A stretch of 64,000 nucleotides of DNA from Deltaproteobacteria bacterium (GTDB lineage: Bacteria > Myxococcota > JACRCW01): positions 1 to 64,000 of the forward strand of contig JACRCW010000085.1 in assembly GCA_016218805.1 (NCBI GenBank), in the 5' to 3' direction. This document shows, in pieces, positions 49,772-60,297 of the stretch (within the stretch, counting starts at the first letter, position 1; each line of letters begins with the position of its first letter). The position numbers and the translations under genes were made by a program. Below the pieces are notes generated by a model that saw only the letters and a list, made by a program, of their open reading frames with translations, made no database searches and was not told the origin of the DNA.

Positions 49772-51412
49772 TCACGAGCAGCGTTCGCCCCGCCCGTTGA
49801 TCATGCCGTAGCTCTTGAGCTTGCGGTACAGCGTGGCCGATCCGATACGGAGCTGCGCAGCGGTGCGCGTCTGATTGCCTCCATTGGCCCGCAACGCCGC
49901 GATGACGTGCTCCTTCTCGACCTCCTCGAGCGCCCGGACGGGTCCCCCGGGCTCCGATGCATGCGGCACGACCTGGCGGACCTCCTCGGGGAGGTCCATC
50001 AGTTCCACGCGGGATCCCGTGGCCAGCGCCACGGCCCGTTCCATGGCGTTCTCCAGTTCGCGCACGTTTCCGGGCCATTCATACCGCAGCAGCTGGTCCG
50101 CGGCGGCGGGCGCCAGCCCGGTGATGTGGCGCCGCGCGCGGTGCACCGCGTCCGCCAGCAGCGCGCGCGCCAACGGGAGGACGTCCTCCCGGCGCTCGCG
50201 CAGGGGCGGCACATGCAGCTCCACCACATTGAGGCGGTAATACAGGTCCTGCCGAAACGTGCCCTCCGCCACGGCGTGTGCCAGGTCCCGGTTGGTGGAC
50301 GCCAGCACCCGCACGTCCATGTGCCGGCTCTGGTTCTCGCCCACGCGGCGGACCTCGCGTTCCTGCAGGGCACGCAGCAGCTTCACCTGCATGGACAGGG
50401 AGATTTCGCCAATTTCGTCCAGCAGCAGCGTGCCGCCTCCGGCCGCCTCAAACAGCCCGGCCCGGTCATGCGTGGCGCCGGTGAATGCGCCGCGGACATG
50501 ACCGAACAACTCGCTTTCCAGCAGCGCATCCGGAATGGCCCCGCAATTCACGGCAATGAATGTCCGGCCCGCACGGATGGACCCGTCGTGCACCAAGCGC
50601 GCAATGCGCTCTTTTCCTGAGCCGCTCTCGCCGGTGATGAGGACGGTGGAATCCACGCGGGCAACCCGGCCGGCCAGTTCCACCACCCGCTGCATGGCCC
50701 GGCTGCGGGACACGGTGCCCGGCGAAGCCGCCACGGTGGGCGCCACCCGCCCCCGCGCGTGCAGTTTCTGGTCTGCCGTCTGGATCGTCTCCATGACGTG
50801 GTGCAGCGTCCCATTCAGGCTCGCTTTGAGACGGGCGGGATCCAACACGCGGAGGTCGTCTGCGTGTTCGTCACCCCACGCCGCGCGCGTGCGCCCCACC
50901 AGGCGGCAGGCGGGATCCCCGCGGCCCGCGCAACGGTCTTCCAGGACCAGCACGTCGTCACCCAACGTCCGGCTCAGGTATCCGCTGGCCAGACCGCACA
51001 GGGTCCAGCACACCGGCGCGTCCGCGCGGCCAAAGTGCAACTGGTGCTGTTCCGCCTCGTAGGACTCCATGAGCGTGACGCCGTCGCGCGCCAGCGGCCC
51101 CTCACTCCCCGCGTCAACGCGGAACAGCCCCTGCAGCGCCTGAAAGCGCGTGCACGCGCGCAGCCGCTCGTCGTCACTGTCCCACTTGAACGCGGAACCC
51201 AGCACGTCCGCCATGCGCCAGCCGTGCGCAAACCCAAACTGGGTGAGCGCCGTCCGGGCCGCCAACACACCCACGGCGTCCACCAGGAACTTCCGCAGGA
51301 TCCCCATTGCCACCGCATCCATGAGGAGCGCGCGTTGGCCCGCAAAACGGAGTGGCCCGCCCTCCGGATCCCACGCCAACAGTTCCCCATGGTCCAGGTC
51401 TTCTGCACGCAT
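49772..51412 (-). CDS. XylR/DmpR-type sigma-54 activator (XylR_N + V4R)
   Basis: [28 protein letters not shown]...[15 protein letters not shown] and TLYRKL. Confidence 0.92.
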   Translation of the reverse strand: MRAEDLDHGELLAWDPEGGPLRFAGQRALLMDAVAMGILRKFLVDAVGVLAARTALTQFGFAHGWRMADVLGSAFKWDSDDERLRACTRFQALQGLFRVDAGSEGPLARDGVTLMESYEAEQHQLHFGRADAPVCWTLCGLASGYLSRTLGDDVLVLEDRCAGRGDPACRLVGRTRAAWGDEHADDLRVLDPARLKASLNGTLHHVMETIQTADQKLHARGRVAPTVAASPGTVSRSRAMQRVVELAGRVARVDSTVLITGESGSGKERIARLVHDGSIRAGRTFIAVNCGAIPDALLESELFGHVRGAFTGATHDRAGLFEAAGGGTLLLDEIGEISLSMQVKLLRALQEREVRRVGENQSRHMDVRVLASTNRDLAHAVAEGTFRQDLYYRLNVVELHVPPLRERREDVLPLARALLADAVHRARRHITGLAPAAADQLLRYEWPGNVRELENAMERAVALATGSRVELMDLPEEVRQVVPHASEPGGPVRALEEVEKEHVIAALRANGGNQTRTAAQLRIGSATLYRKLKSYGMINGRGERCS

Positions 51413-51788
51413 CGCTTTCCCCCTCCTTCGAAACGATGCGGGAGATATGCCACGTTGATGTGGGTTTCCATCCCTCACCACCGCGCAAACCAGGCAAGTG
51501 CGCGTGAGGCAAAGGGTTCTTTTCCCGGCGCGGAAAATGCTCAGAGGCTGCGCAGATCACCAAGGGGCACGCCGCCGTTTGGCGCCGTGCCGGGGGGGGA
51601 CTCAAAACCACCGCAAACCGCTGGGTCGGTGTCCGCCGCTTGGGCGCAGGGTGTGCATCGGTTGGGATGAAGCGGGTTGCGGTGCGGATCAAACCGGCGG
51701 AAATCACGCTTTTGGAGGGGACCGCCGAGTGAATGTGCTGGTTTCCACCGTATGCGCGGAGCCGACCGCGCGCGGCGAGGGGGGGACC

Positions 51789-52007
51789 ATGGGACGCTCC
51801 AACCAATTCGCAGCGTTGTTCGTGTTTGTGTCGTTGACCACGGCGTGCGCGTGGACCACGGGTCCCGCGTCCGGCGCGCCCGCGCAGGTGACCCCGGGCA
51901 GACCGGTTCCGCCCGGGTCGGCAGGCAGCGCGTGCTCGCCGCGGCGCCTGGGCACCACGGACCCGCACGCCATGGCGCTGTGCCAGGTGCTGCGTCACCG
52001 GTACTGA
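51789..52007 (+). CDS. Possible small exported peptide (72 aa)
   Basis: GAGG RBS, hydrophobic N-terminus and two further Cys. Unverified. Confidence 0.35.
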   Translation: MGRSNQFAALFVFVSLTTACAWTTGPASGAPAQVTPGRPVPPGSAGSACSPRRLGTTDPHAMALCQVLRHRY

Positions 52008-52124
52008 GCGCAGTTCCGCGTCTTCACTGACGACAAACATCCGTTGTTGCGGGTGCACCCCGGGGGGCGCACCACGGCCGGGTCTCGTCCTGAGAACGGC
52101 CCGCAAACGTGAACGGGGGGATTC

Positions 52125-55100
52125 ATGCGATACGATCTGAACAAGCCGGGTTGTGGTCGTGCTGCATCAACCGCGGCGTTCCTTGTGGCAGTGCTTGCCG
52201 GGTCCAACGCCGCCGCGGAAATCAAGGTGACGGTGATGGACGAAACGGGAGCGCTGGTTACCAACGGCTTCCGTTGGTTGCTGGAAGAGGACAACAGCTA
52301 CGGCGCGCGGCCGGGGGTGCTGTCACCCAGTGCTCCGCTGGGAGCGGAGCCCGGTGACCCGAGCTTCACGCTGGGCGTCAACATCCACCGCAGTCACGCG
52401 CCCACCGTCTGTGCGGGTGATACCGCGCCCGCCAACGGCGTGGTCACGTTTCCTCCCACGCCCGCCGTGCTGGCGGGACCGGGAGCGGCGGTGGCCACCA
52501 TAGATACCGACAATTGCCCGGGTTATGACCCGGCCCGGAAATACATGGTTTCCGTCCTGCCCTGGCACACTTCCCCCACGGGCACGCCGACGACGGCGCA
52601 GACCGGGTACACCCAGAGCGGGCGCAACGTGGCGGCCGGACAGACCGCGGTCACCATTGTGGTGCACACCTTTGCGGTCCCCACGGCGCAAATCACCGTT
52701 ATTGTCTTTGCGGATACGCAGCCCATCAACTCCGCCTATGACCAGCCAGCGGAGCTGGGACTGCCCGGATTTGACCTCATTCTGAGTGACCCCATTGACA
52801 AGGTCATGCAGGACGCGTTTGCCAACCCGGTGGGGACCACCTACCAGTTCCGCTACACCACGCCGGACGGCCGCCCCGCGGATGCCACCGGCGCGGCAGT
52901 GCCCCAGGGAGGCCCCATCCAGTTTGTCCTGGATGAAGAGGGCGCCCCGGTGGTGGCGTGGCTGGGTGACGGCTCCCTGCGGACCTGCCCGGGCACCACC
53001 AAGCCGGTCGGGTCCTACACGGGCTATGAACGCGCCAATTGCATTGACCCCTATACGCTGCAGCCGCTGGCGGCCGGCCAGGCGGTCATCCGCTATCTCG
53101 TCGGCGGCAAGTACACCATTGAGGCGCAGCCGCCGCCGTCGGACCCGGACTGGATCCTCACAAGCACGCTGGAGGGCACGCGCGGCGTTGACACGTGGCC
53201 GCGTGCGTCCGAGCCCCGCTACATGATCACGATGGGCAACCTGAACTGGTTGACTTGGTTTGGCTTTGTGAAGCCGGTGAACAACCTGGCCAGCGTGCCC
53301 AATCCCAGCAACGCTGCGCTGAGCTCCATTTCAGGTCAATTGGTCTATGCGCACGACATGCACCCGCCTCTGTCCCCGGGCCTGACGCCCGGGCTGCCGG
53401 TGCCCTACGGCTACGTGGGCATCAACAATCTCAACGGTAACGACGAGCAGGTCTACACCGCCGCCACCGACCCGGCCACGGGCGCGTTCAGCGTGGACGG
53501 GGTGGTGCCGGGCACCTACCAGTTGGTCTTTTGGGACAAGCAGCTCAACGCAATCATTGATTTCCGGACCCTGGTGGTGGCGCCGGGGCAGAACATCGCC
53601 CTGGGGCCGGTTTCCGTGTACGGCTGGTTTGGCCGCTACATTGGCTCCGTGTTCATGGACAACAACCGCAACGGCTTCCGGGACCCATCTGATCCGGGGA
53701 TTCCCAGCGTTCCGGTCAACCTGCACTTCACGGATGGTTCCGTGTACGGCAACGGCTTCACGGATGCGGACGGGAACTTCAGCTTCCCGCAGGTGTTCCC
53801 GTTCTGGCGCTTCCTGGTGGCGGACGTGGATTTCAACCGCTTTCGCCCCACGGGGCTGACGGCGTGGGTGGACAACGGCGGGCCGTTGCCGCTCAACGCG
53901 CTGGGCGCGCAGGGCATCAACCCGCAGCACCAGCCGGACGGCCGCAGCTTCCGGACACAGCGCGGCAAGGTGGTCACGCAGGCCATGATGGCCATGCAGG
54001 ACATGACCAACCGCATTGACTGGGGAAAGACGCGCTGGAACCCCGGCGAAAACGGCGGCATTCACGGCATCATCAACTACGCCCTCACGCGCACGGAAGA
54101 GGACCCGTCCACCAGCGCGCTGGATCCCTGGGAGCCCGGCATTCCGCGGGTGACCGTGGTGCTGCACCGCGCGGTGCGGGACTGCGCGCGGGCCGGCGCC
54201 TCCGTGGAGAATGACTGCTGGGTGACGGATGACGTCCCGCCGTTCCCGCTGCTCACCACGTCCGACTCCTGGGACGACCAGACGCCGACGGGCTGCGTGG
54301 GTGCGGACGGCGACGCGAGCCAGGGACCGGTGCTGTGGGCGCTGCCGGAGATCGTCAACGGGTTTGCCATCCCGCGTTGCGCGGAGACGTTCCGCATGTG
54401 GAACCAGGTCCGCCCGGGCGTCATGGATGGCAGCTATTGGTTCCAGACCCTGCCGGACGGCAGCAGCCTGCCCGTCGGGAATTACATTGTCCAGGTGGTG
54501 CCACCGCCCGGATACGAGGTGATTCAGTGGGGTGACCGGGACATTGACATTGGTGATCCCAAAATCCCCTTCCAGACGCAGACCCCGCCGTGCGTGGGCG
54601 CCGCGTATGACATCCCGCCGTACCTGCGGATGTTCCCGGACCAGATCAATGAGACGGACCTGCCCGGGGCGTGGGATGCAAACGGAAACTGGACCTATCC
54701 GCGCGCGGCCGCGTGCGACATGAAGCTGATTGGCCTCAACCCGGGCGCCAACCCGCAGGTGGATTTCAACCTGTTCACGTGGGTGCCCAAGGCTGGCCGC
54801 ATCTGGGGCACGGTGTGGAATGACCTGCTGTTGGAGTTTGACCCGCGCAGCCCCAATGCCAGCGGGAACTTTGGCGTGCCGTGGATCCCCGTCGCGGTGA
54901 AGGACTGGTCCGGCACGGAGGTGGCGCGCTTCTACACGGACCAATGGGGCCATTTTGATGGCCTGGTGCCCACCAACTACGACATTGTTCCCCCCATGCC
55001 GCTGGGCCTGGCGCTGGCCATGTACACCATCGCCCCCAATGACCCTGGCCCCATCCGCGACCCTGACCCGACCTCGCCGACATACGGCAAGCTCATCACG

Positions 55101-57395
55101 GACCCGTGGTTCAATCCGGAATACAGCCAGGCGGTGGGGGTGGTGCGCGAAGCCAACTGGATGTTCTACTCCGGCCGCACCACGTTCATTGACACCATTG
55201 TGATGCCGGTGGCCGCCTTTGTGAGCAACCGGATGCCCATCAACTGTGACTACGCGGACAATACGCCGGAAATCCGTGAGGTCAGTGCGGCGGTCATCCC
55301 GCAGACACCAGGCGGCTACTCCATCACCATCACGGCCGTGGGCGATGTGACGGGGCCCAACCCCGCCTTTACGCCGGACAATCCCGCGGAACCGCCGGTC
55401 ATCACCTACCGCCATGATTTTGGCCCCGGTGGCACGGTGAGCGTGGGCGGCACGGTGCTCCCGCCCGCCAACGTGAGCTGGGATGTCAGCGGCATGGCCA
55501 TCACGGCGCTCATTCCCAACGGCGTGTCCGGGCAGCTGGTGGTCACGCGCGGTGACAACGGGCGTTCCTCCACGGTGGGCGTGACCCTGCACGCGGACAA
55601 TCCCTCCGTTCCCGTCATTCCGGTTGTTCCGCCGCCGGGTGGCTGCCAGGGGCTCGCCTGCAGCGTCATCCAACCGGCCATTGATGCGGCACCCAACGGC
55701 GCCATTCTGCTGCTGGGGCCCGGCCGTTACCAGGAGAACGTCAACCTCTGGAAGCCTCTCACGCTGCAGGGCCTGGGTCCCGCCATCACCGTCATTGACG
55801 GGCTGGCGGCGTGGGAGAACCAGGAACTCAAAGCCGCGCAATTCGCGCAGGCGGTGGGAATGGCGGCGTCGGGGACCATCGGACTGGTGCCCAACCAGGC
55901 GTCGGACTTCACCATGCAGCAGGGCTCCGGAATCCTGGTGGCCGGCTGTGACCCCGCGGCCTGCCCGGACGGCAATGATTTCTCGCTGTTCTCCGCGCGG
56001 ATTGACGGCGTGATGGTCACTGGCGTGCCGGACTCCGGCGGCATCCTGGTCAATGGCTACGCGCCCAACCTGGCCATCACCAACAATGACATCTTTCTCA
56101 ACCAGGGGAGCATTGGCGGTGGCATCCGCGTGGGCGAGCCCGCGCTGGTGGGCCCAGCCAACCCGACGGGCAGCAGCTTCAACCCCAACCTGCTCATTGA
56201 CCACAACCGCATCAGCATGAACGGCTCCGTGTTCAGCGGCGGCGGCGGCGTGGCCATCTACGGCGGCGCGGACAATTACGTTGTTTCCAACAACATGATC
56301 TGCGGCAACTTCTCCGCGCAGTACGGCGGCGGCATCAGCCACTTTGGCCTGAGCCACAACGGCGTCATCTCCGGCAATGTGCTCGTTTCCAACGAGTCCT
56401 TTGACGAGGGCGGCGCCATCCACCTGGGCGGCGATCTTGCGCCCGGTGCGTCTGCCATCTCACTGGGGGCGGGTTCCGTGCTGGTGAGCCGCAACCTCAT
56501 CCAGGGCAACAAGGCCGGGGATGATGGCGGCGGCATCCGCACGCGCATGTTCAACGGGCTGGACGTGGCCATGAATCCCGGCAATCCCGGCGCGTGGTTC
56601 GGACTGGATGTCATGGACAACATGGTGGTGAACAACTCCAGCGCGGACCTGGGTGGCGGCATGGCGTTGGATGACACCGTGAAGGTCACGGCCATCGGGA
56701 ACACGTTTGTGCACAATGACAGCACCGCCACCAGCTCGGACTCGTTTGGCGGCCCGTGCACGGAGGACACGCCCATGGGCCAGGTCTGTCCTCCCGGCGA
56801 AATTGCCGGCGGCCTGGTCACCTCCATTCCCGCGGTGGGCGGCATCTCCACTGCGGCGCACAGCGCACCCCTGGCGGCGGCGCTGGCCGCGCCGGGCGGT
56901 CACTGCGCCACGGTCTCAGACGCCCTGTGCGCGCCGTATTCCAACCCGCTGCTGGTGAATGACATCATCTGGCAGAACCGCTCCTTCTATTGGGACGCGG
57001 CCGCCAACAACAACCTGGGCGCGCTGTTGCCGTCGCCGGGCCGCACGTTCTGGGACCTGGCGGTGTACGGCACGGCCACGCCGCAGCAGATGAATCCCAT
57101 CTATTCGCTGCTCACGGACGGCGTCGGTGCGGCGCCGGATTCCACCAACGTGATCGGCCAGGACCCGCAGCTGACCAGCCCGTACCTGAACGTTTACGTT
57201 GCCACCTCCAAGGGCTCCACGCTGGGGAACTTTGTGGTGGCCACCTTTGGTCCCAATGGCGTGGTGGGTGACCATCACCTGCTGGCGGGATCACCGGCCA
57301 TTGGTGCGGGCAGCGGCATTCCGCCCGCCACCATGACGGACTTTGACGGACAGGACCGGGTGGCTCCAGTGGACATTGGAGCGGACCAGCACTGA
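52125..57395 (+). CDS. Very large secreted protein: SdrD-B/Cna-B-like modules, IPT/TIG-like domain and right-handed beta-helix
   Basis: Signal peptide, GSVFMDNNRNG..D..D.GI, TDADGNF, IQPAIDAA...GPGRYQEN, repeated GGG[IV] and terminal DFDGQDR...DIGAD. Confidence 0.8.
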   Translation: MRYDLNKPGCGRAASTAAFLVAVLAGSNAAAEIKVTVMDETGALVTNGFRWLLEEDNSYGARPGVLSPSAPLGAEPGDPSFTLGVNIHRSHAPTVCAGDTAPANGVVTFPPTPAVLAGPGAAVATIDTDNCPGYDPARKYMVSVLPWHTSPTGTPTTAQTGYTQSGRNVAAGQTAVTIVVHTFAVPTAQITVIVFADTQPINSAYDQPAELGLPGFDLILSDPIDKVMQDAFANPVGTTYQFRYTTPDGRPADATGAAVPQGGPIQFVLDEEGAPVVAWLGDGSLRTCPGTTKPVGSYTGYERANCIDPYTLQPLAAGQAVIRYLVGGKYTIEAQPPPSDPDWILTSTLEGTRGVDTWPRASEPRYMITMGNLNWLTWFGFVKPVNNLASVPNPSNAALSSISGQLVYAHDMHPPLSPGLTPGLPVPYGYVGINNLNGNDEQVYTAATDPATGAFSVDGVVPGTYQLVFWDKQLNAIIDFRTLVVAPGQNIALGPVSVYGWFGRYIGSVFMDNNRNGFRDPSDPGIPSVPVNLHFTDGSVYGNGFTDADGNFSFPQVFPFWRFLVADVDFNRFRPTGLTAWVDNGGPLPLNALGAQGINPQHQPDGRSFRTQRGKVVTQAMMAMQDMTNRIDWGKTRWNPGENGGIHGIINYALTRTEEDPSTSALDPWEPGIPRVTVVLHRAVRDCARAGASVENDCWVTDDVPPFPLLTTSDSWDDQTPTGCVGADGDASQGPVLWALPEIVNGFAIPRCAETFRMWNQVRPGVMDGSYWFQTLPDGSSLPVGNYIVQVVPPPGYEVIQWGDRDIDIGDPKIPFQTQTPPCVGAAYDIPPYLRMFPDQINETDLPGAWDANGNWTYPRAAACDMKLIGLNPGANPQVDFNLFTWVPKAGRIWGTVWNDLLLEFDPRSPNASGNFGVPWIPVAVKDWSGTEVARFYTDQWGHFDGLVPTNYDIVPPMPLGLALAMYTIAPNDPGPIRDPDPTSPTYGKLITDPWFNPEYSQAVGVVREANWMFYSGRTTFIDTIVMPVAAFVSNRMPINCDYADNTPEIREVSAAVIPQTPGGYSITITAVGDVTGPNPAFTPDNPAEPPVITYRHDFGPGGTVSVGGTVLPPANVSWDVSGMAITALIPNGVSGQLVVTRGDNGRSSTVGVTLHADNPSVPVIPVVPPPGGCQGLACSVIQPAIDAAPNGAILLLGPGRYQENVNLWKPLTLQGLGPAITVIDGLAAWENQELKAAQFAQAVGMAASGTIGLVPNQASDFTMQQGSGILVAGCDPAACPDGNDFSLFSARIDGVMVTGVPDSGGILVNGYAPNLAITNNDIFLNQGSIGGGIRVGEPALVGPANPTGSSFNPNLLIDHNRISMNGSVFSGGGGVAIYGGADNYVVSNNMICGNFSAQYGGGISHFGLSHNGVISGNVLVSNESFDEGGAIHLGGDLAPGASAISLGAGSVLVSRNLIQGNKAGDDGGGIRTRMFNGLDVAMNPGNPGAWFGLDVMDNMVVNNSSADLGGGMALDDTVKVTAIGNTFVHNDSTATSSDSFGGPCTEDTPMGQVCPPGEIAGGLVTSIPAVGGISTAAHSAPLAAALAAPGGHCATVSDALCAPYSNPLLVNDIIWQNRSFYWDAAANNNLGALLPSPGRTFWDLAVYGTATPQQMNPIYSLLTDGVGAAPDSTNVIGQDPQLTSPYLNVYVATSKGSTLGNFVVATFGPNGVVGDHHLLAGSPAIGAGSGIPPATMTDFDGQDRVAPVDIGADQH

Positions 57396-57453
57396 GGAGC
57401 GCCGTGACGCCCGCCGGCTGCGGCCGGCGTGGCGCACGGTGCAAGGAGCGAAC

Positions 57454-58914
57454 ATGCAGACCTCCATTCGATGGACCATGCGGTTGGCACCGGTGGTGGC
57501 GGCGTTGCTGACGCCTCCGGTGGCGCGTGCAGCCGTCTTCATCCAGTGCCCCGCGCCGCTGCTCACCCAAAACGCCACGGGCGGATCATGTGGCGCGGGG
57601 CCCTGCTACCTGGACCCCAAGAACCCCGCTGCATCCTCTGACCCGGGATGCGTGGACCCTGAGGTGGTGGACCCGGTCACGGGAAAGCCCACCTTCTTTG
57701 ACACGTGCAAGGTCCGCCTGGACCCGGTGACGGGGCAGCCCTCCGGCGAAACCACGGACCCCACCATTGTGTGCCGCTCCATCACCTGCGGCGACGGACA
57801 CGTGAACATGGCGGACGGTTCCGACATGTACGTGTTTGGATTCCGGGACGTGACCAATGCGCCGGAATCACTGCTGGCGGGCGCGGGCTTCTTCCTGGGG
57901 GAGGATGGCTCGCTCACCGGCGGGGCGGAATTTGCCGCGCCCACGTTGGTGGCCCGTGTGGGGCAGCGCCTGTACCTGACGCTGACCAACGTGGGGTTCC
58001 GTGAGCGGCCGGACCTGGGTGACCCGCACACGGTGCATTTCCATGGCTTCCCCAACGCGGCGCCCGTGTTTGACGGCGAGCCCATGTCGTCCTTTGGACT
58101 CAACATGGGCGCCAGCCTCACGTACTTCTACGACAACCAGTACGCGGGCACGTACATGTGGCACTGCCACGTGGAAGCGGCGGAGCACATGCAGATGGGA
58201 ATGCTGGGAAACCTCTACATCCTCCCCGCGCAGGACGGCCAGGCGGTGACCCACGGAGGACAGACGTACACGCGCTTTGCGTACGATGACTGCCCCACGC
58301 TGGGGACGCTCCCGCTGGGCACCCCGGACCCCATGTGCGGGACCACCGGATACGACGTCATGTACTTCCTGCAGCAGGCGTCCTTTGACCCGGTATTCCA
58401 CTACAACGACCAGACCTACCAGAAGCTGGACTTTGCCAACATGCGGGACACCTACGCCATGCTCAACGGCCGCGGGTACCCGGACACGGTCAACCCCGGC
58501 GTGATGGTCAATTCCGCGGGTGCGCCCTCCCAGCCATTGCCGGCCATTCCGTTCACGGTGGACGCCCAGGGCGTGCGCGCGCCACTGGCCATTGCCCAGG
58601 GACAGCGGTTGCTGCTGCACCTGTCCAGCCTGGCCACGGAGTCCTTCTTCACGGTGACGGTGCTGGGCATCCCCATGCGCATTGTTGGTCAAGGGGCGCA
58701 ATTGCTCCGCGGCCCCACGGGGATCAACACGTCCTATGTCACCGGCTCGGTCACGCTGTCTGGCGGCGAAGCGGTGGACGTCATCCTGGACACCACGGGC
58801 GTTCCGCCGGGCACGTATTTCCTTTACACGACCAATCTCAACCACCTGAGCAACGACGCGGAGGATTTCGGTGGAATGATGACCGAAATCGTCGTGGCGA
58901 GCGCAGCACAGTGA
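57454..58914 (+). CDS. Two-domain multicopper-oxidase-like subunit A (T1 site + HxH in domain 1)
   Basis: HTVHFHG and WHCHVEAAEHMQMGM in domain 1. No such motifs in domain 2. Confidence 0.88.
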   Translation: MQTSIRWTMRLAPVVAALLTPPVARAAVFIQCPAPLLTQNATGGSCGAGPCYLDPKNPAASSDPGCVDPEVVDPVTGKPTFFDTCKVRLDPVTGQPSGETTDPTIVCRSITCGDGHVNMADGSDMYVFGFRDVTNAPESLLAGAGFFLGEDGSLTGGAEFAAPTLVARVGQRLYLTLTNVGFRERPDLGDPHTVHFHGFPNAAPVFDGEPMSSFGLNMGASLTYFYDNQYAGTYMWHCHVEAAEHMQMGMLGNLYILPAQDGQAVTHGGQTYTRFAYDDCPTLGTLPLGTPDPMCGTTGYDVMYFLQQASFDPVFHYNDQTYQKLDFANMRDTYAMLNGRGYPDTVNPGVMVNSAGAPSQPLPAIPFTVDAQGVRAPLAIAQGQRLLLHLSSLATESFFTVTVLGIPMRIVGQGAQLLRGPTGINTSYVTGSVTLSGGEAVDVILDTTGVPPGTYFLYTTNLNHLSNDAEDFGGMMTEIVVASAAQ

Positions 58915-58926
58915 GGGGAGGGCGTC

Positions 58927-60285
58927 ATGATTCAGACCACGCAGCAGGGACGCCGGTTGTTCATCCTACTTTTGGGGGCATTGCTGGTGCTGCCCGCGGC
59001 GCCGGGGAGGGCCACGGTGCTGGGCGCCACCGGCCGCACGTTCACGCTGACCGCGCGGGCGGACACCATCAGCACGGGTGACGGCGACAGCATGTGGATG
59101 TGGGGCCTGGGGCTGGGCGGCGGGCGCATGCAGTACCCGGGTCCCACGTTGATTGTCACGGAGGGTGATTCCATCACGGTCATCCTGCGCAACCAGTTGC
59201 CGGTTCCGGTGTCACTGGTATTTCCCGGTCATTCGGTGACTGCCAGCGGGGGGACCCAGGGCATGCTCACACGCGAGGTCCCGGCGGCCCGCCCGGGCGT
59301 CCCGGGCCAGGCGGTGGTGTACCGGTTCACGGCCACGCATCCGGGAACGTTCAGCTACCACAGCGGCACGCTCCCGGACCTGGAGGTGGAGATGGGCCTG
59401 GTGGGGGCGCTGATTGTGCGGCCACGCGGTTCTCCCAACCAGGCATACAATGACCCCGCCTCCGCGTTTGACCGTGAATTCCTCTACTTGGTGACGGAAG
59501 CCGACCCGGTGCTGCACCAGCAGCTGGCGTTCAGCTGCTTGTCCGCCGCGGGTTGTGACCTGGCTTCCGTGGACCTCACGCGCCGCCATCCCACGGACTG
59601 GTTTGTGAACGGGCGGACGTTCCCCGACACGATGATGGACCCATTTGTGGCCTATCTCCCCACGCAGCCGTACAACTGCGCGCCCATGTTCCACCCCGGC
59701 GACCGCGTGTTGATACGCTGGGTGGCGGGTGGCGCGGATTTGCACCCATTCCACACGCACGGGCAGAACCACCTGGTCATTGCGCGGGATGGGCGCCTGT
59801 TGCGGACCCCCGGCAGCGCGGCGCCGGACCTGGCCGTGTCCGACTACACAACGACCAACGTGCCGGGCGAGACGGTGGACGCGTTGTGGGGACCGTGGAC
59901 GGGCGAGCGGCTGGGCTGGGACGTCTACGGCACCCAGGACATCAACCCGCACACCTGCAACGCGGCGCCCGGGAGCAACTTTGACCCCGTCAGCCGCGAG
60001 TACTGTCCGGACCATGACAAACCGCTGCCGGTGACGCTGCCCAGCCAGAGCGACGTGACCTACGGCGTGGTGGGCGTGGGGATGTGGGGCGGCACGCCGT
60101 ACCTGGGGGTCTCCGGGGACGTACCGCCCATCAATCCTGCATCCAGCACGCAGATGAACGTCGTGGGGGGGATCTCGTTCATGTGGCACTCGCACGCTGA
60201 ACGCGAGCTGACCACCAACAACATCTTCATCGGCGGCATGGCGACCATGGCGCTGATCGTGCCGGTGGGAACCGCCATCCCGTGA
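58927..60285 (+). CDS. Two-domain multicopper-oxidase-like subunit B (HxH pair in domain 2 only)
   Basis: Domain 1 degenerate (SLVFPG, YHSG). Domain 2 has HPFHTHG and WHSH. Confidence 0.86.
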   Translation: MIQTTQQGRRLFILLLGALLVLPAAPGRATVLGATGRTFTLTARADTISTGDGDSMWMWGLGLGGGRMQYPGPTLIVTEGDSITVILRNQLPVPVSLVFPGHSVTASGGTQGMLTREVPAARPGVPGQAVVYRFTATHPGTFSYHSGTLPDLEVEMGLVGALIVRPRGSPNQAYNDPASAFDREFLYLVTEADPVLHQQLAFSCLSAAGCDLASVDLTRRHPTDWFVNGRTFPDTMMDPFVAYLPTQPYNCAPMFHPGDRVLIRWVAGGADLHPFHTHGQNHLVIARDGRLLRTPGSAAPDLAVSDYTTTNVPGETVDALWGPWTGERLGWDVYGTQDINPHTCNAAPGSNFDPVSREYCPDHDKPLPVTLPSQSDVTYGVVGVGMWGGTPYLGVSGDVPPINPASSTQMNVVGGISFMWHSHAERELTTNNIFIGGMATMALIVPVGTAIP

Positions 60286-60297
60286 AGGGGGGAAGCC

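Noticed and set aside
53331..56423. 1030-aa antisense ORF and other long shadow ORFs (e.g. 4373-6190, 8645-10639, 42328-43812)
   Set aside because: These are expected stop-poor frames opposite real genes in very high-GC DNA, with no recognisable motifs.
57454..58914. Calling subunit A a NirK nitrite reductase
   Set aside because: It has HCH and HxxHxH in domain 1 as in laccase-type sites, and no recognisable NirK domain-2 His ligand motif.
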